In this document: positions 32,945 to 47,990 of the stretch, piece by piece | Position numbering within the stretch: position 1 is the first letter of the stretch | Layout: each line of letters begins with the position of its first letter | NCBI RefSeq assembly: GCF_009914755.1 | Contig: NC_060928.1 | Direction: 5' to 3' (one strand) | DNA length: 64,000 bases | Source of the DNA: the human T2T-CHM13v2.0 reference genome, Homo sapiens | Translations under genes and position numbers: made by a program | Notes under the pieces: generated by a model | Database searches by the model: none | The model's input: the letters and a program-made list of their open reading frames with translations, nothing else | Told to the model about the DNA's origin: nothing

Positions 32945-34699
32945 TCCTCTCATAATTATATTCACTATGCCAATTGTGACTTTTCTATCTCCTTCTCTCT
33001 CCCAAATAAAGTAGTTCTTCTTTTTCCTTTATCATCCCCTCTACTCTCTTTCCCTCTCTTTTCTCTCTTCTCTCTCTTCCTCTCCCCAGCTTTTTCCCAA
33101 TCAGGCCTGTTCCTCTTTTCCTCCTCAACATCTGGATCAGCCCCTCCCAGTTATTTAATAGGGACATTTTTCCTCTCTCACCTTCCTAAGTCTCCACTCA
33201 ACACCACACTCAGCAAATCAAATCATTTCAGGGAATCAACTCTCTTTAGAAGAATGGGTATAAATACTTAAACTTTTTTACCTGTGACATTCTTGCATAG
33301 TGAGAAATCATCCTATGAAAAAGAGAAACGATATCTAATCTGTGTCCTCTCTAACCATCTTGAAGTTCATAACTCAAACCTCTTGATTTTTCTTCTCTCA
33401 CAGAGTTAGTCTTGGCTCAACTTTAAAACCTCTAAGATGTTTTGTTCAGCTATTCTTAATTGTCTTCACTAAAACCTAGGAACTGCATTTGTAGCTGTCT
33501 TGAAATATATACATCAGTCTTGGTTCTCAAAGGAGATCAGGCTGGTAAGCCAGTCACCCTTTGCTTCTTCCATGAGCATGCAGCCCCACCTCCTCTATCC
33601 ACTCCCATATTTCCTAGGAAAAACAGCCTTGGATACGTACCCTGCAATTTCATTCTCTTTCTGTAGGGTCTCTCCCTCCCACTAAATGAAAAAGGACTAT
33701 ATACAGGGTTGCTTTTTGTTTGTTAACTTTTATTTCCCAAATGGCTATAATTCACCATAATATGTATCTTGCCCCTCTTTTGTTACTTGAAAAAAATTAC
33801 AAAGTCATTTCTTCTTCATGAATCCCTGGGTACAGGTTTCCATTTATCCATATAGTCATGCTGGAAGCAAGTTAAGATGAGCAGTACCTAAACTGTGTTG
33901 TGAATGGGTACTGAAGAATATCACTGGGAGTCAGGACCCATCTACCATGATTTCTCATCTCTCCCAATCCACGCCTCCCAGAAAATTTTGAATCTTTTTC
34001 CTACATCAGAATTGCCAAATTTTGATCAAGTTTGGATGCATTGTAGGCAATATGCAATAGCTCTTACTTCCTCTCACCGACTTTTGAATTTTTCTTCCTC
34101 CAATTTTTGAATAAATAATTAATATCATTCAATCAACTCTACTTTCCTGCTAGGATAATTTTCCTAATTCATTTGCATGCTCATGCTTCTCTTCTGCTCA
34201 AATAGTATTACATTATAAAATCCAAACTCCTAAACATGGCCCAACCTATCTCCAGATCTTAACTCTTACACTTATTTCTTATTGGCTATAGTGCATTCTC
34301 ATCACACAATGAGGTCTTGCATTTTCATGCTTCTGTGCATAGTGTTTCCAGTTGAAATGCTACCAGTGCTTGAAATGCTATTTATCAAACCTATAATTTG
34401 AAATCTTACCAATTTCAAATGTCATATTTATCATGAGTCTACATTGCTCCCCACTGAGAAATAATCACTCTTGCCCTGTTAATCCCACTCTAAAACAATA
34501 GTCCTCTATTGTTTTTCATTGTAGTTACAGGCATATGATTGACTGTTACATTAATTCTCTTCGTACCTTTTTTTGTATTCATGTTCTTCTACATTGACCT
34601 TAAACTTGGCTTTACTACTATTTGAAAATGGGACATTAGTAAATGTCCTACTAATGTATCTTATCAAGCAGATGCTTGGTAGATTCTTGGTAGTAGGTT

Positions 34700-35040
34700 C
34701 TTGAGCTTTTGCTTTTGAGAAATTTTCTTTTGGAATGCAGCTGTTATACAAAAAGAATGCCCAGGCTATCCTGCTCTAAAAAGCATCCATAGGGAAACAC
34801 TGGAAAGTTGTACAACAATTGTAATAAGAGACTTATTAGAGGAGAAATGAGGTGCTCTGGCTTATAGTTATCACCACTGTACAGACACATGACAGAAGTG
34901 TTTTGAATATTTCAGCCCAGCTTACTCAACAGCTGCCTAGTACATGTGGCAAAAGAATGCATGAACTAATAAAAAAAAAGTCATTGTTGTTTAAGTCACT
35001 AAGGTTTCAGATGAGTTGTCAGGCAGTGATAGACAACTCA
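34700..35040 (+). mobile_element. MLT1-type MaLR LTR remnant
   Basis: 3' end ttgttgtttaagtcactaaggtttcagatgagttgtcaggcagtgatagacaac. Confidence 0.6.
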
Positions 35041-35309
35041 AATAGTATGTTTCTTTGTTTCTGCTGTATTGAAAATATTTTAAATGAAATTCAGTGCATT
35101 TTTATTTTATTGAACAACACTTAGCATATTGCATTTGATAAATTATACCTTAAATAAATATTTATCTAAGTTAGTATGGACTCCTTTTATCTTCATTACA
35201 AAACTGAAAGATTTGCATGACATATTTTATCCCTATTTAAAAATTATACAAATAATAATAGCTAACATTTGCATAGCAATTCACTATGGTTACAAAATCA
35301 ATATAAAGA

Positions 35310-35800
35310 AGACTAGCTTTGGAACTAATAAGCTATTATAGCAAGGTTGTAGAATACGTGACTAATATATAAAAGTATATTGCTTCCCTATGTGCCAGCA
35401 ATAAATAATTGAAATTTGAATTAAAAATACAACAAAGAGGATTTTTAAAATGGAGATATATTCCATATTTATGGATAGAAAGATTCAATATTGTCAAGAG
35501 GTCAGTTTTTCTGAACTCAATCTATAGATTCAACGCAATCCAAATCAAAATCCCAGCAAGTTATTTTGTCAATATTGGCAAACTGATTCTAAGGTTTATA
35601 TGGAATGTCAAATTAAATAGAAAAGCCAACACAATATTGAAGAAGAATAAAAATGTCTAAGGGCTACATCTACCTGACCTAAAGCCTTAATGTAAAGCTA
35701 CAGCAATCAAAACAATGAGGTATTGGCAAAAGAACAGACAAATAAATCAATGGAAGAGAGTAGAGAGCCCAGAAATAGATCCACACAACTGATCTTCAAC
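35310..35800 (+). mobile_element. L1M ORF2 fragment
   Basis: The ORF 35409-35660 contains IPYLWIERFNIVK...IYRFNAIQIKIP (L1 ORF2). Confidence 0.85.
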
Positions 35801-37689
35801 GAAGATCAGATGAAGGAGAGATAAAAGTTATCACAGTGAAATTTGCTCTAATAGCTAAAACTCTTGCTTAACATTCTATTTCCTGTGAAAACCGATTAAA
35901 TTATATAAGTCTGGCATGTATCAAATGGTAATTTCAAACATTAAAATTATGATTTTAAGTGGAGGCCATCAACCTGAGTTTAAAAAATTCTTTAATAATT
36001 TATGAATATTTAATGTATCATTTTCATTTCCAATTATTTAAAATTTTATACATAATTCCATCTTTCCAGTGTTTGATACTGGTTATAAGTAAATGAATTT
36101 TGTGATTCCAGCATGATGCCAGTCTCCAAATCACTGCCTGTTTTGTTCAGTTTTGTACAATCACAGCATGTTGTTTACAGCAGCACTAGAACTTCAGGTC
36201 TGTGGAAAACATAGCACCAAATACGTAAAGCAAACCATTCCAATACATTAAATAAACTGCTGACCTGCCAAACCCTGAGTGGAATGAGCCTGACATAGCT
36301 GCCATGAAAATAGCTAGAGCTGTGTGCCCTTTAAAAACAGTTGAAATTGTTCAACGTTAAGAAGGAAAAAAGCAGAAATCATTACAATGCAAACGCTTAT
36401 TCCAACTTCAATATAATCTATCATTACCAAACACACAAATAGCTGAGCTAACTAATATTTTGTGTATGTAGAGGGATAGGTGGCCTTTCAAAAATACAAG
36501 GAATTGATCACTTACTGTAGAATATCAAAGTAGGTGAGATAGAGGATAAAAATAAATCAATGTTGTTAAACCTGTTTCCTTAGCAACTAACCAATTGAGA
36601 CAAAAAGAAAAGTTTTTTTTTTTTCTTGTATGTTCTGAATTACATGCAGCTACATAATTTGCTTATTATGGACTTTATATAGACTCCTATGATGTAGGGT
36701 ATTTTCCCCTCTAACCTCAATGTCCAAAAGTCATGAGATTTTATCAACATGTAAAGGTCATTTAAACACAAATGTTTTTTCTTTCGTTATTTAGAACAAG
36801 ACTATAAGAAACATAAACAAAATCAGAGAATTTTCAATATTATATTTAAATATCTGGAATGTCTTTGCATTATTTATTGTATAGAATTACATTAATATAA
36901 GAAATTTCATGGTGAGGGTATTTGGAATTGCATTTACATAAGAAATGTGATGGGGAGATAATTTCACAATAAAGAAAACAAAAATATCTTAAACCATAAA
37001 GTGTACTCTTCCTTTGGCATTCTTTTGAGGAGAAGGCCTTCTGATATTTGACCCCTATTGCTAGAATTCTCAGTTTTCATAAAAGGGTGCTGACCCTACT
37101 GAAACATCAGCTATGGTATATGCCTGTGAATTCAACTGCCCTTCATAGAATAGCTACACATATAATTCTGTTGTTATAACTCTTCCACATATTATTATAT
37201 CTGCCCTTCTATCAAGTTAAAACAATAGAGCGATGCATAGCTAAACTATTTAATTTCACCTCCTCCATATTATTTTTACTGAATTGTACTCTGGTGTGAT
37301 AGCATCAGTATATATATTGGGGATTATTAAAACAACCCTGAAACGTTATCAAGGTATTGTCCAAAAAGTTGTGGGAAACATATTTATTATCTACTTCTTC
37401 AGGTTTCATGGCAAGATGATTCCCTGGATAAGCTTAGTAGCAAAATAATTACACATAATCCCAAGAAATTGTTTCCATTGTTTTTTTAATATACTGTGAT
37501 TTAGTTAGTAGTCAGACTTTCTTATTCTCATGCTTGACTAGTCATCTTATGACCAAATCTTCTCATAGTAAGTATAGAGGTTACTATAATGTGGGATTTT
37601 GGCTTGTTCCTCACTAAGCTATTGTCCCCACTCTTATTCTACTTTCTCTTTCATCTCACCTTAAATTACGAATTATGACATTAATTGGC

Positions 37690-38650
37690 AGCACTAGTTC
37701 CAGTAAGAGTAAAAAATAGACTTCAAAAAAATCTCAAATACACAGAAGTTTATCTTATGTTGACATGAACAATGTTGGACAAGTGTTTCAGGTAGACTCA
37801 GCCTTCCTCCTTGTAGACATTACATAATACAACTAACAAAGACTTTGCCATCTTCAACATGTGATTTTCTTTTTTTTTGTTTCTTTTGTGTTTTTTAATT
37901 TTTTTATTTTATTTTATTTTTATTATACTTTAAGTTTTAGGGTACATGTGCACAACGTGCAGGTTTGTTACATACGTATACATGTGCCATGTTGGTGTGC
38001 TGCACCCATTAACTCTTCATTTAATATTAGGTATATCTCCTAATGCTATCCCTCCCCCGTCCCCCCACCCCACAACAGGCCCCGGTGTGTGAGGTTCTCC
38101 TTCCTGTGTCCATGTGTTCTCATTGTTCAGTTCCCACCTATGAGTGAGAACATGAAGTGTTTGGTTTTTTGTCCTTGCAATAGTTTGCTGAGAATGATGG
38201 TTTCCAGCTTCCTCCATGTCCCTACAAAGGACATGAACTCATCCTTTTTTATGGCTGCATAGTATTCCACGGTGTATATGTGCCACATTTTCTTAATCCA
38301 GTCTATCATAGTTGGACATTTGGGTTGCTTCCAAGTCTTTGCTATTGTGAATAGTGCCACAATAAACATACGTGTGCATGTGTGTTTATAGCAGCACAAC
38401 GTGTGATTTTCAATGTAACAGAAGCTATCTTTATCTGATTCAATAGGAAGAGAGAAAAACCATGAAGAAGTATACACAAAAGTGTTTTGTGAATCAGGCC
38501 TGGAAGGAACACTGACTGCTTTTGTTCCCATTGCTTAGCTAAAACTCAGTGGCATGGCCACACCTGACTGCATGGGTAGCTGGAATATGTACTATAATTA
38601 TGAGCCCCAAGCAAATATTAATTTGTTGAGCAGCTAGCACCACCTGCTAC
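37690..38650 (-). mobile_element. LTR33-like ERVL LTR remnant split by L1PA
   Basis: aaaactcagtggcatggccacacctgactgcatgggtagctggaatatgta and ctttgccatcttcaacatgtg flank the L1. Confidence 0.5.
37870..38396 (-). mobile_element. 5'-truncated L1PA (about PA4-5) 3' end
   Basis: Canonical 3' UTR and ORF2 tail, with a 15-bp TSD caac(a/g)tgtgattttc at 37855-37869 / 38397-38411. Confidence 0.95.
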
Positions 38651-39779
38651 AGACATATATTGTCAACTGCAAACCCTTACTAGACAGGTAGAGTAAGACT
38701 GAGTAAAGGTATTAAAGACTGTTTTTTGCAACATTTATAAAATATGTGTGTATATTCAGATTAAGTTAATGTGTCTTCATTTTGGAAGAGAAAACATAAT
38801 CAAAATTGAATTGAAGTTATTGCAGAGTGTTGTTGACTCTGTTGATTCATATATACAGATTGTTACTGGAGGTTTAATTAGCATAACATTTTATTAGCAA
38901 TGCCATCCTGTTACATTGAATTTTATAACATTTTAGAGAATGAGTCCAATGAGAAACAAAACTTTTTTACATGGTGTCAACAGAAAGACACACAGGAATC
39001 ATAGATTCCATTATATACACAAACTACAGACATGCCATAACAACTTCATGAGTGGTGCATTCAGATTCTTACACATAAGCCTTCTAATGATGAAAATCAA
39101 TATCTAGTTATTAATAGATTTTTATATATGTAGAAACACTTTCAAATAGGTTTAGCAGTGACTTTGTATGAACTTCAGATACTCATTCATTTTCTTATTC
39201 ATTGGTTCCTTCTCAGGTAAACAAAGATAATACCAGAGAAAAGCAATCTGACACATAGTGAAATTATTAACTGTCCAGCAATTGTTTCTAGCAAATTGTT
39301 ATTTCCTTAAAAATATGGTTAAAGCACCTGTTCTCTAGAGTGTGAATTATAAAACATCAGAGAAACCATAAAATACATTATTGTGGGTAATATCAAACAA
39401 ATAGCCCAACCTCATATATATGACTGTGAATATCTATGTGAATCTGAATAGATATATCCACAAGCAGGATTCTTCATTTTAATTATTGAGCTAAGAATAT
39501 GAGAAAATTCAGTTGTATACATATTAATACTGAGTCGTGCAGAAATACTCAATATTGTATCCAGGCAATTTTCATTTCAAAGGAGTCCATAGCCCTTCTT
39601 CCCTCCAAGCTCCATCAGTGTCAGGGCTGAATCCCTCCACCTCCGTAACTCAAACAGCTCTACTTAAAAGTATTTATAATACTATTATAGAAGGCATTTA
39701 CCATCAGTAATTACCTAAATATCTCTCTGATTGTGGTAGTCATTAGGGTTCATCTCTAAAAATGTTTAGCACACAGTAG

Positions 39780-40100
39780 GCTTGCAACTCTGGTCTCCTC
39801 CTGGCTGAATGACAGCATGGGATTTATTCTGGTCAATGAGTTGAAGGTAGAAGTAATAAACACCACCCCAGGCTGAGCACTTAGCCACCAGTAGAAAAGC
39901 CACCAGAGGTCGCTCTTATTTCCAGCATAATTGGCGGTGGTGAAGATGGGTTCTCAAATTACAAGGATAAGTAGAACTCATTATGCCACCCCTACCTAGG
40001 ATGAATATAGCATGAGGAAGAAATAAGCCTTTGTTGTTTTAAGTCACTTATATTTTGGAGATTGTTTGTTACAGCAACATCACTTAGACTTATAAGCTGA
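39780..40100 (+). mobile_element. MLT1J-like MaLR LTR remnant
   Basis: ttctggtcaatgagttgaaggtagaagt...atagcatgaggaagaaataagcctttgttgttttaagtcact...ttgttacagcaacat. Confidence 0.7.
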
Positions 40101-41265
40101 AATTTTATTTCTGTGTTGTTGAAAGTATTTTTTTTTCACCTTGAGTAAGCGTTTCACTGGAGCTTATTTTAACTATCCTTTCAGCTTTTCTACCAAAACT
40201 GAGAATAGCATGGATTGAAAACTGTCCAAGGAACATTCAGTTTGTTTTGTTGTTTATTTTGTCAGTGAAATTGAGCAAAGTATGGGAAAGTAAGAAAAAT
40301 TGCAGTTGAACAATTAGTGGCCTAATTAGAGAATTAGGCCCAATTTTGAATCACACAGGTAGCTCCCAGGAATTGTACCATTTGAAAAGATGAGTCTAAA
40401 GAATAGTATTTTACTAAAATTTTCTTTTTCAAGATTTTATTAAAATTCAAAATTTTAAGGAATATTTACAGGAAGTATAACCATGGAAAAATGAGACAAG
40501 AATTTATGTAAGTGTAATTGCATGCTAAATATCAGACAACTCATCCACCAACTCACTTAGTAATCATCTTCCAAGCACTACGTTCCTTCAAGAAATATTG
40601 ATTGAACATTTCAATGCTATGGTCGAACTTTTTGCTTCGTTTGTATTTCCTGAGAGTTGTATACTCTGTTTCCACCTTAGCTTCAGTTTCTCCATCTATA
40701 AAATGCAGATAATAGTCAATACTCCAACAAAATTGGAGTATTTCATAAAATGTCTTTGTTCTCATAGCTACTAACCATCCAGACTTTATACTTTTTAGCT
40801 TGTTAACTTGTATAGTATTTGTCTATAAAAATATTATTTGTCTTTAGCACTTTTCTTTAGACTTTTGTGAACATGAGCTAGGGTGTATGAGACAGTATGT
40901 CCTCAGAAGATTTTTAATAAATACATTAACGTTAGATGAAATGAGAGTGTATGCATTTGTACTTTCCTCTCAGTTGCAGTCATAAAATACCCCTAAGATG
41001 CAAAGTTAAGTCATCATATTCTAGAGAATGGGTTTAATTAATCAATATTTAAGTGATCTTAGAAAATACCAAAAAATTTAAAATGCTTCTTAATATGTAT
41101 AAGGCCTTTAAATACTGACAAATGTTTATGTTTTATGCCATTTCCTAATGAGACGATAAAGCCATATTTAAAACCTGTTATTGAAGGTAAATCAACTTGC
41201 AACCTACTATGAGTTAGTCAAGCTGGCTTCATAAGAATAAAATGTGCAAAGAAACACAGAGATGA

Positions 41266-41404
41266 ACTGGACACAGTGGCTCACACCTGTAGTCCCAGCT
41301 TCTTAGAGGCTGAAGTGGGAGAATGGCTTGAGCCCAAGAGTTCGAGTCCATCCTTGACAACACAGTGAACCCCAGTCTCAAAAAACAAACAAACAAACAA
41401 ACAA
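41266..41404 (+). mobile_element. Free left Alu monomer (FLAM)
   Basis: Single monomer plus a (CAAA)n tail, with an 18-bp TSD aaagaaa(c/t)acagagatga. Confidence 0.85.
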
Positions 41405-42769
41405 AAAGAAATACAGAGATGACAGAAAAGCAGGGTCTTGGGCAGGAAGGACCACAGACTTGCTAGTTAAACTGAACTATGCTCAAGCAGAGAAACAAAG
41501 GGAGAGAGAAGAAGAGGGAAGAGACTGCCATACATATGGCCAAAGATATACAAGAGATTATGCAGACTTAGAGAAACTGAGTAAGCAATATCCATTTTGA
41601 ATTTACAGTTCCAGTTAGAGTTAGGATGCTGATTTATTGACCCCCAGTTTCAAGTTTTCAGGTTCTTCCGAAATTTTTGTCATTTAACCATCCTGAAGCA
41701 GTATCTATTTTCCAGCAAATGATACAACCTCATCAGAGGCAGTTAAGGCACATGAAACTATATTAGCCAATTGTAAGTATACAGTCTAAAATGAAAAGGA
41801 ACTCTTTTTTGTTGAAAAAGTACTTTAAGTGGTACTTAAAATCTGGTTAAAGAAATAAAAGAACTGCTGAATTTGTCAAAGTGGAAAGAGAAGTCTATGG
41901 TGAAATGACCTGCTATAGGTTTACCATGGTGTAGTCAACAAGTACTTAACCTGCAGTTGCTCTTAAATAACAAAGTTATATCAATCTCATTTATATTTTG
42001 TTATTTTATTACAGAATAGGGAAAAATAAGAAAAAACACTGGAAGATAATTATTGTATAATATATTCTCAGGGTTTGGTTTTAAAAACACACACACACAC
42101 AACTGTATATATACGCACAAACACATATAACATTTAGTCTTTTTGTCTGTCGAAAGGCAGTCATCCCTGGATTCCCTCTACAGAGTCATTTGCCTCCTGA
42201 GCACAGGAAACTGACATGCCATAAAGAAAGGTAATATCTCCTTTTATTTTTCCTTAAGCCATTTACTCAGCACACTTTAAGGGTATAACACTACAGTCAT
42301 TTGTCCCTTTGATAGTGGAACCATGTGCTCCCATTCAGATGGTATAAAGTTTTGGATTTAGCAGTGAATAAAGCTTCCGCATAATGACTGTTTTTCCAAA
42401 CCCAATGCTATTGACTTCTCTGATCTCCCCAAGGAATTATTTCTTTCCTGGATGATGCATAAGAAGTTGATTGCACAACTCAAAGATGTTCACTACTTTG
42501 TCCAAGTATCACAACTTCTGTTGTATCTTATTTTCTTTTCTAAGTAGTAAATGCTTAGAGAGAAAATATTACATGTGTATTGTTTTTGGATTTCTTAAAG
42601 TTCCTTGTAGAATATCTGAAATATCAGAAAATGTTAAATAAATTAATTAATAAGTGACTGACACTAGGATGTATGTGCCTGGATTTCCACTCTTCTAATT
42701 GGTGTGATTGACCTAAAATCGAATTAAAATATTACACATGTCTATACATAGTAAAACAATATTGACTTT

Positions 42770-43172
42770 ACGTTATGTGTTGAATGTTGTTCCCCCAAAA
42801 TTTATGAATTCAAGTTCTAATACCCAGTGCCTCAGATTATTGCCATATCTGCTGTAAGGTCTTTAAAGAGCTGATTAAGTAAAATGAGGCTATTAGGGTA
42901 AGCCCTAGTCTAATCTTACTTGTTTCTTCATAAGAGGAAATTTGGACAGAGACACCAACGATGTTTGCTCACAGAAAAAAAGGCCTGTGAGGCCACAGCA
43001 GGAAGGGGCCCATCTGCAAGCAGAGAGCTGAGGCCCATCTGCCTCAGCAGAAACCAGACCTGCTGACAACTTATCCTGGACTCCTAACCTCCAGAACTCA
43101 GGGAAAATAATTTCTCTTGTTTAAGCCACCACTTCGTGGTATTTTGTTGTAACAGTCCTAGTAAGCTCCTAT
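42770..43172 (+). mobile_element. MLT1A/B MaLR LTR
   Basis: ttgaatgttgttcccccaaaatttat...taagaggaaatttggacagagac...ctccagaact...ttgtttaagccacc. Confidence 0.8.
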
Positions 43173-43953
43173 AATTTAAGAAGAGAACAAACAATGCAAG
43201 TTATAAACTGCTCTGAAAGGTTTTATTCTATATGGTATTAGGAATATGTGTTCTGTAATACTGAATAAACAAACATGTAAAAGAAAAACTAACATAAATT
43301 TAGTCACTGTATATATATAAATGAGAAATATTCCAAAACCATAAAATAAATTAGAATTATTTTTAATATAAGGTTATGGCAAATACATTGTATATAATGA
43401 AACATCTAATTATAATAAATAATATATAATATAATATGTAATCAAACATCTAAACATAATAAGTAAATCTAATAAATTATATATGTAGTCAAACATCTAA
43501 TTATATATATAATTGAACATATTAATCAAGTAAAATATGATATTTTACTTGCCAGATCTAGGCCTGCTTAGACTTAAAGATTAAAAATATATATAACTTG
43601 TATTTTGGCTCTAGAATATCTAAAAGTTATATAAGTTTTCATTTGCAAGCCTTTCTATGTCAAAATGATCCTGTGATCAAAAGGCAACAATTTTCTGGCT
43701 GAAAAACTGCATGCCTGTGGGCCTGTCTAGACTACAGTAATGGGCTCCCAGTTGGCTTAAACATGTTCTCTGAAAAATGGGATATATAAAAATATAAAGA
43801 CTACAAATTGAAGATCAAAAAGCCTCACACAATCTCAGAAAAATAAAATTTAAGTATGTAGTTACTTTGTTTTTCTTTAGGTATCCCAATATGCCAACTA
43901 TATAAATGGAAGTTAATTAGTCAGTGTTCTCCATAGAAACAAAACCAATAGGG

Positions 43954-43967
43954 GATAGATGATAGAT

Positions 43968-44017
<50 letters not shown>

Positions 44018-44032
44018 CAGATAGATAGATAG
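43954..44032. repeat. (GATA)n tetranucleotide microsatellite
   Basis: Direct reading: a long pure run with GAT and GACA interruptions. Confidence 0.97.
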
Positions 44033-44140
44033 GTAAATAGGAAAACTTTATGTTATTTGAAGTGGATGTAGGGAATAATAATGATGAGAATTATATGATG
44101 TTTAATAGAAAGATGTTATATTTGGTGATAAGGAGGCATG

Positions 44141-44553
44141 TGCTATAGTTTGGATATTATTCCTCACTCAAGTCTCAGGTTGAATGCTCATTCCCAGTGC
44201 TGGAAGTGAGGCCTGGTGGGAGGTGTTTGGATGATGGGCACAGATCCCTCATGGCTTGGTTCTGCCTTTGCAACAGTGCATGAGATCTTGCAAGATCTGG
44301 TAATTTAAAAGCGTGTGGCATCTCCCCCACCACCTTCCTTTTTTCCCTCCCATTCTCACTGTGTAAGATGCCTGCTCCCCCTTCACCTTCTGCTGTGACT
44401 GTAAGCTTCCTAAGGCCTCCCCAGAAGGCAAGCAGATGGCAGCATCATGCTTTCTGTAAAGCCTGCAGAACCATGAGCTAAGTAAACCTCTTTTCTTTGT
44501 AAATTGCTGGATTTAGGTATTTCTTTACAGCAGTGCAAGAACAGCCTCATAAA
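44141..44553 (+). mobile_element. MSTA-like MaLR solo LTR
   Basis: tgctatagtttggat...ggcctggtgggaggtgtttgg...aagcctgcagaaccatgagc...ctttacagcagtgcaagaacagcc, with a 5-bp TSD (g/c)catg. Confidence 0.85.
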
Positions 44554-45317
44554 CCATGTAATTTTTTTCTTTATATGAAAATAAACCGTCTCAAATCTGC
44601 TATCTGTAACCTGGAGACCCATGGAGACCAGTGGTATAGTTCAGTTTGAGTCTGAAGACCTGAGAGCTAGGGGACTCGAATGTGTGAGTCACAGTCTGAG
44701 AGCAGGAAAAAACCAATGTTTCAGCTAAAACAGGCAGAAAAAGAGGTGAACTCTCCTGTCCTCTGTCTTTTATCTATTCATACCCTTAATGGATTCACTG
44801 ACGCACACCCATGCTGGGAGGGGCCTTGTGCTTTACACAGTCCACTGATCCAAAGCTAATCTCATCCAGAAATATCCTCACTGACACACCCTGAAATAAT
44901 GTTTAGCTAAATATCTGGGCATCGCTGACACCTAAAGTTAACCATCACGGGAAATCTTGTAATTTTAATTAAATAATAATTAAAAGCATTGTTTAGTACT
45001 CATAATGAGGATTTGGTAAGATGGCTCATTCAAATTATTTCAACAAAACATTTTCTATTAAGGAGGCTATTGAAGAAATGTGATCTGGAATAACGATTAT
45101 AATACATTTACTTTTATGGATGATTGCATTGCAAGAGGGCTTTGTTTGCCAACAATTATACAAAATACATTAAACAAATTACACGTGCCTTTTCTTTAGG
45201 CAAAAATGCTTTTAGTTTATTTCAGCTTAGATAATTAGATATATCATTTTATAGGCTCTTAAAGTTAGTTATACAGACTCTTATGTTGATTCTAGAGTTA
45301 GAAAGTTTTAATTGTCT

Positions 45318-45648
<331 letters not shown>

Positions 45649-45863
45649 GGAAAGTTTTAATTGTAACTCCTCACTGAATTTATAAGTTTAGAAATGACCA
45701 TGTGTCATATTTTAATATCTGGCCTAGACTATCCAATAGGCAATACATTCTAAATATACAGTATTTTTGTAAAATTGATCTACTGCCCTAATGTATGTTT
45801 TCCAAAGGAGTTTTTTTATGTGGAATTCATAGTCAGTACCTTCAAATCTAAATAACAACAGCT

Positions 45864-46176
45864 GTCCAGGTGTGGTGGCTCACACCTGTAATCGCCAGCA
45901 ACTTGGGAGGCTGAAGCAAGAGGATCACTTGAGGACAAGAGTTTGAGGCCAGCCTGAGAAGCATAGCAAAATCTCATTTCTACAAAAAAGAAAATTACAC
46001 AGGCATGGTGGCATGTGCCTACAGTCCCAGCTACTCATGAGGCTGAGGTGGGAAGATCACCTGAGCCCAGGAGTTTGAGACTGCAGTGAGGTGTGATCAT
46101 ACCACTGCACTCCAGCCTGGGCAACAGAGTGAGATCCTGTCTCTAAGTAAATAATGAATAAATAAATGAATAAATA
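45864..46176 (+). mobile_element. AluJ
   Basis: Diverged dimer with J-type text (gaggatcacttgagg; gagtttgagactgcagtgag). Confidence 0.88.
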
Positions 46177-46181
46177 CCTAC

Positions 46182-46534
46182 TGCTGTGTTTAGAGTATGC
46201 CCCCAAAGTTGATGTGTTGGAAACTTGCCATTTTAACACTATTAAGGGGTGGGGCCTTCAAGAAATGATGAGGCCGGCAGGGCTCTGCAGTCATCACAGG
46301 AGTGGGCCCCTGCTAAAAGGATGAGCTTGGCCCCATTTCCTTTCTTTCTAGTGATTGCTTTCCTTTCTGCCTTGTTATGATGCAGTAAGAAGGCCCTAGC
46401 CGGATGCTGAGCAGGTGCCAGCACTATGTCCTTGGACTTTCCAGCCTTCAGGACTGTAAGAAATAAATATCTTTTCTTCATAAATTACTCAGTCTCTGGC
46501 AATCTGTTATCGCAGCAGAAAATGGACTAAGATA
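46182..46534 (+). mobile_element. MSTB/MSTD-like MaLR solo LTR
   Basis: ccccaaagttgatgtgttggaaactt...ttggactttccagccttcaggactgtaagaaataaat...aaatggactaagata, with TSD c(c/t)tac. Confidence 0.8.
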
Positions 46535-46830
46535 CTTACCTTTATGCACACATCATGCTAATTTAAGCCTATAACACGATCGCTTTGTTAGTCATCCATA
46601 AACTGCCTGCCAGATATTTTAATTGTCTTCTATTGAACATGTTTCCAGAACCTCAAGACTTTTGCCACTAGCTCTCTCAAATAGCCAACCTAAGCCTGTT
46701 TCTTCAAATAGCTAATTTGGCATTATGGTGGCACAACTGGCAGATTGGTACTTCCATAAGCTTTCTGTCCCCAGTAATAAATCTAGAACAGCCCTCAGTA
46801 AGATGGCCTCACAAGTATTTTCCTTTCTCA

Positions 46831-47186
<356 letters not shown>

Positions 47187-47449
47187 CTATCATCACCTGT
47201 AAGAAAAAGAAAAAGATGAGTTTTACCTCTGATATAAGGCATGAGGAGATCTGCAGACCTGCTCCCAGCAAAACTCCCAAGTAAAAATTATTACAAAAAA
47301 ACTTTTACAAAATTTGTTACAAATAACAACCATTTTTTCTCCAGAAATGGCCCAAAGTGAATAAAGCAAATAAAAATGAAATAAATAAAACATTTTATTT
47401 AATCTCCTGAAACTCAGAAAGAACTATGAAGACTATGATATTTTATCTA

Positions 47450-47990
47450 TGGTTTCTTCATATCTTAATATTTGTTATTTAAGAGTATATTGTTTTAATT
47501 TTCATGTATTTATGTATTTTCCAATTTTCCTTCCATTATATAGTTCTAGTTTAATTTCATTGTGATCCGAGAACATATGTATCATTTAATCCATATATAT
47601 ATATATATAGTAGCTTGTTATGGCCTAACATGTAATTATCCTGGAGAATGTTCCCTGCATGCTTGAGAAAAATATGTATTCTACTACTGTTGTGTGGAGT
47701 GATATATATACACACACATGCACACACTGGTATATATATATATCATTATCAAAATAAAGTATTGCAGTCTCTATTATTATTTAATTTTGTCTTTTTCCTT
47801 TAACTCTGTCCATTTTTGCTTCATGTATTTTGGACCTCTATTTTTAGATTGATGTATGTTAATAGTTGTTATAGTCTCTTGATGGATTGATTTCTTTATG
47901 TTAAAAATTCCCCTTTATTGTTATTAAATGTTTTGATTAAAATCTATTTTTGTGTGTGTGATATTAGTATAGTCATTCCAGCACTCCTTC
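47450..47990 (-). mobile_element. Old L1M fragment
   Basis: ttatttaagagtatattgttttaattttcatgtattt; ctggagaatgttccctgcatgcttgagaaaaatatgtattct; gatattagtatagtcattccagc. Confidence 0.75.

Larger units (their letters stand above)
43915..44948 (-). mobile_element. MLT2 (ERVL) LTR containing a GATA STR and an MST insertion
   Basis: Starts agtcagtgttctccatagaaacaaaaccaatagg and ends ctaatctcatccagaaa...aaagttaaccatcac. Confidence 0.75.

Noticed and set aside
43390-43520. aaacatctaa recurring three times in AT-rich sequence, superficially repeat-spacer like
   Set aside because: A degenerate low-complexity minisatellite whose spacers are themselves TA-rich and related.
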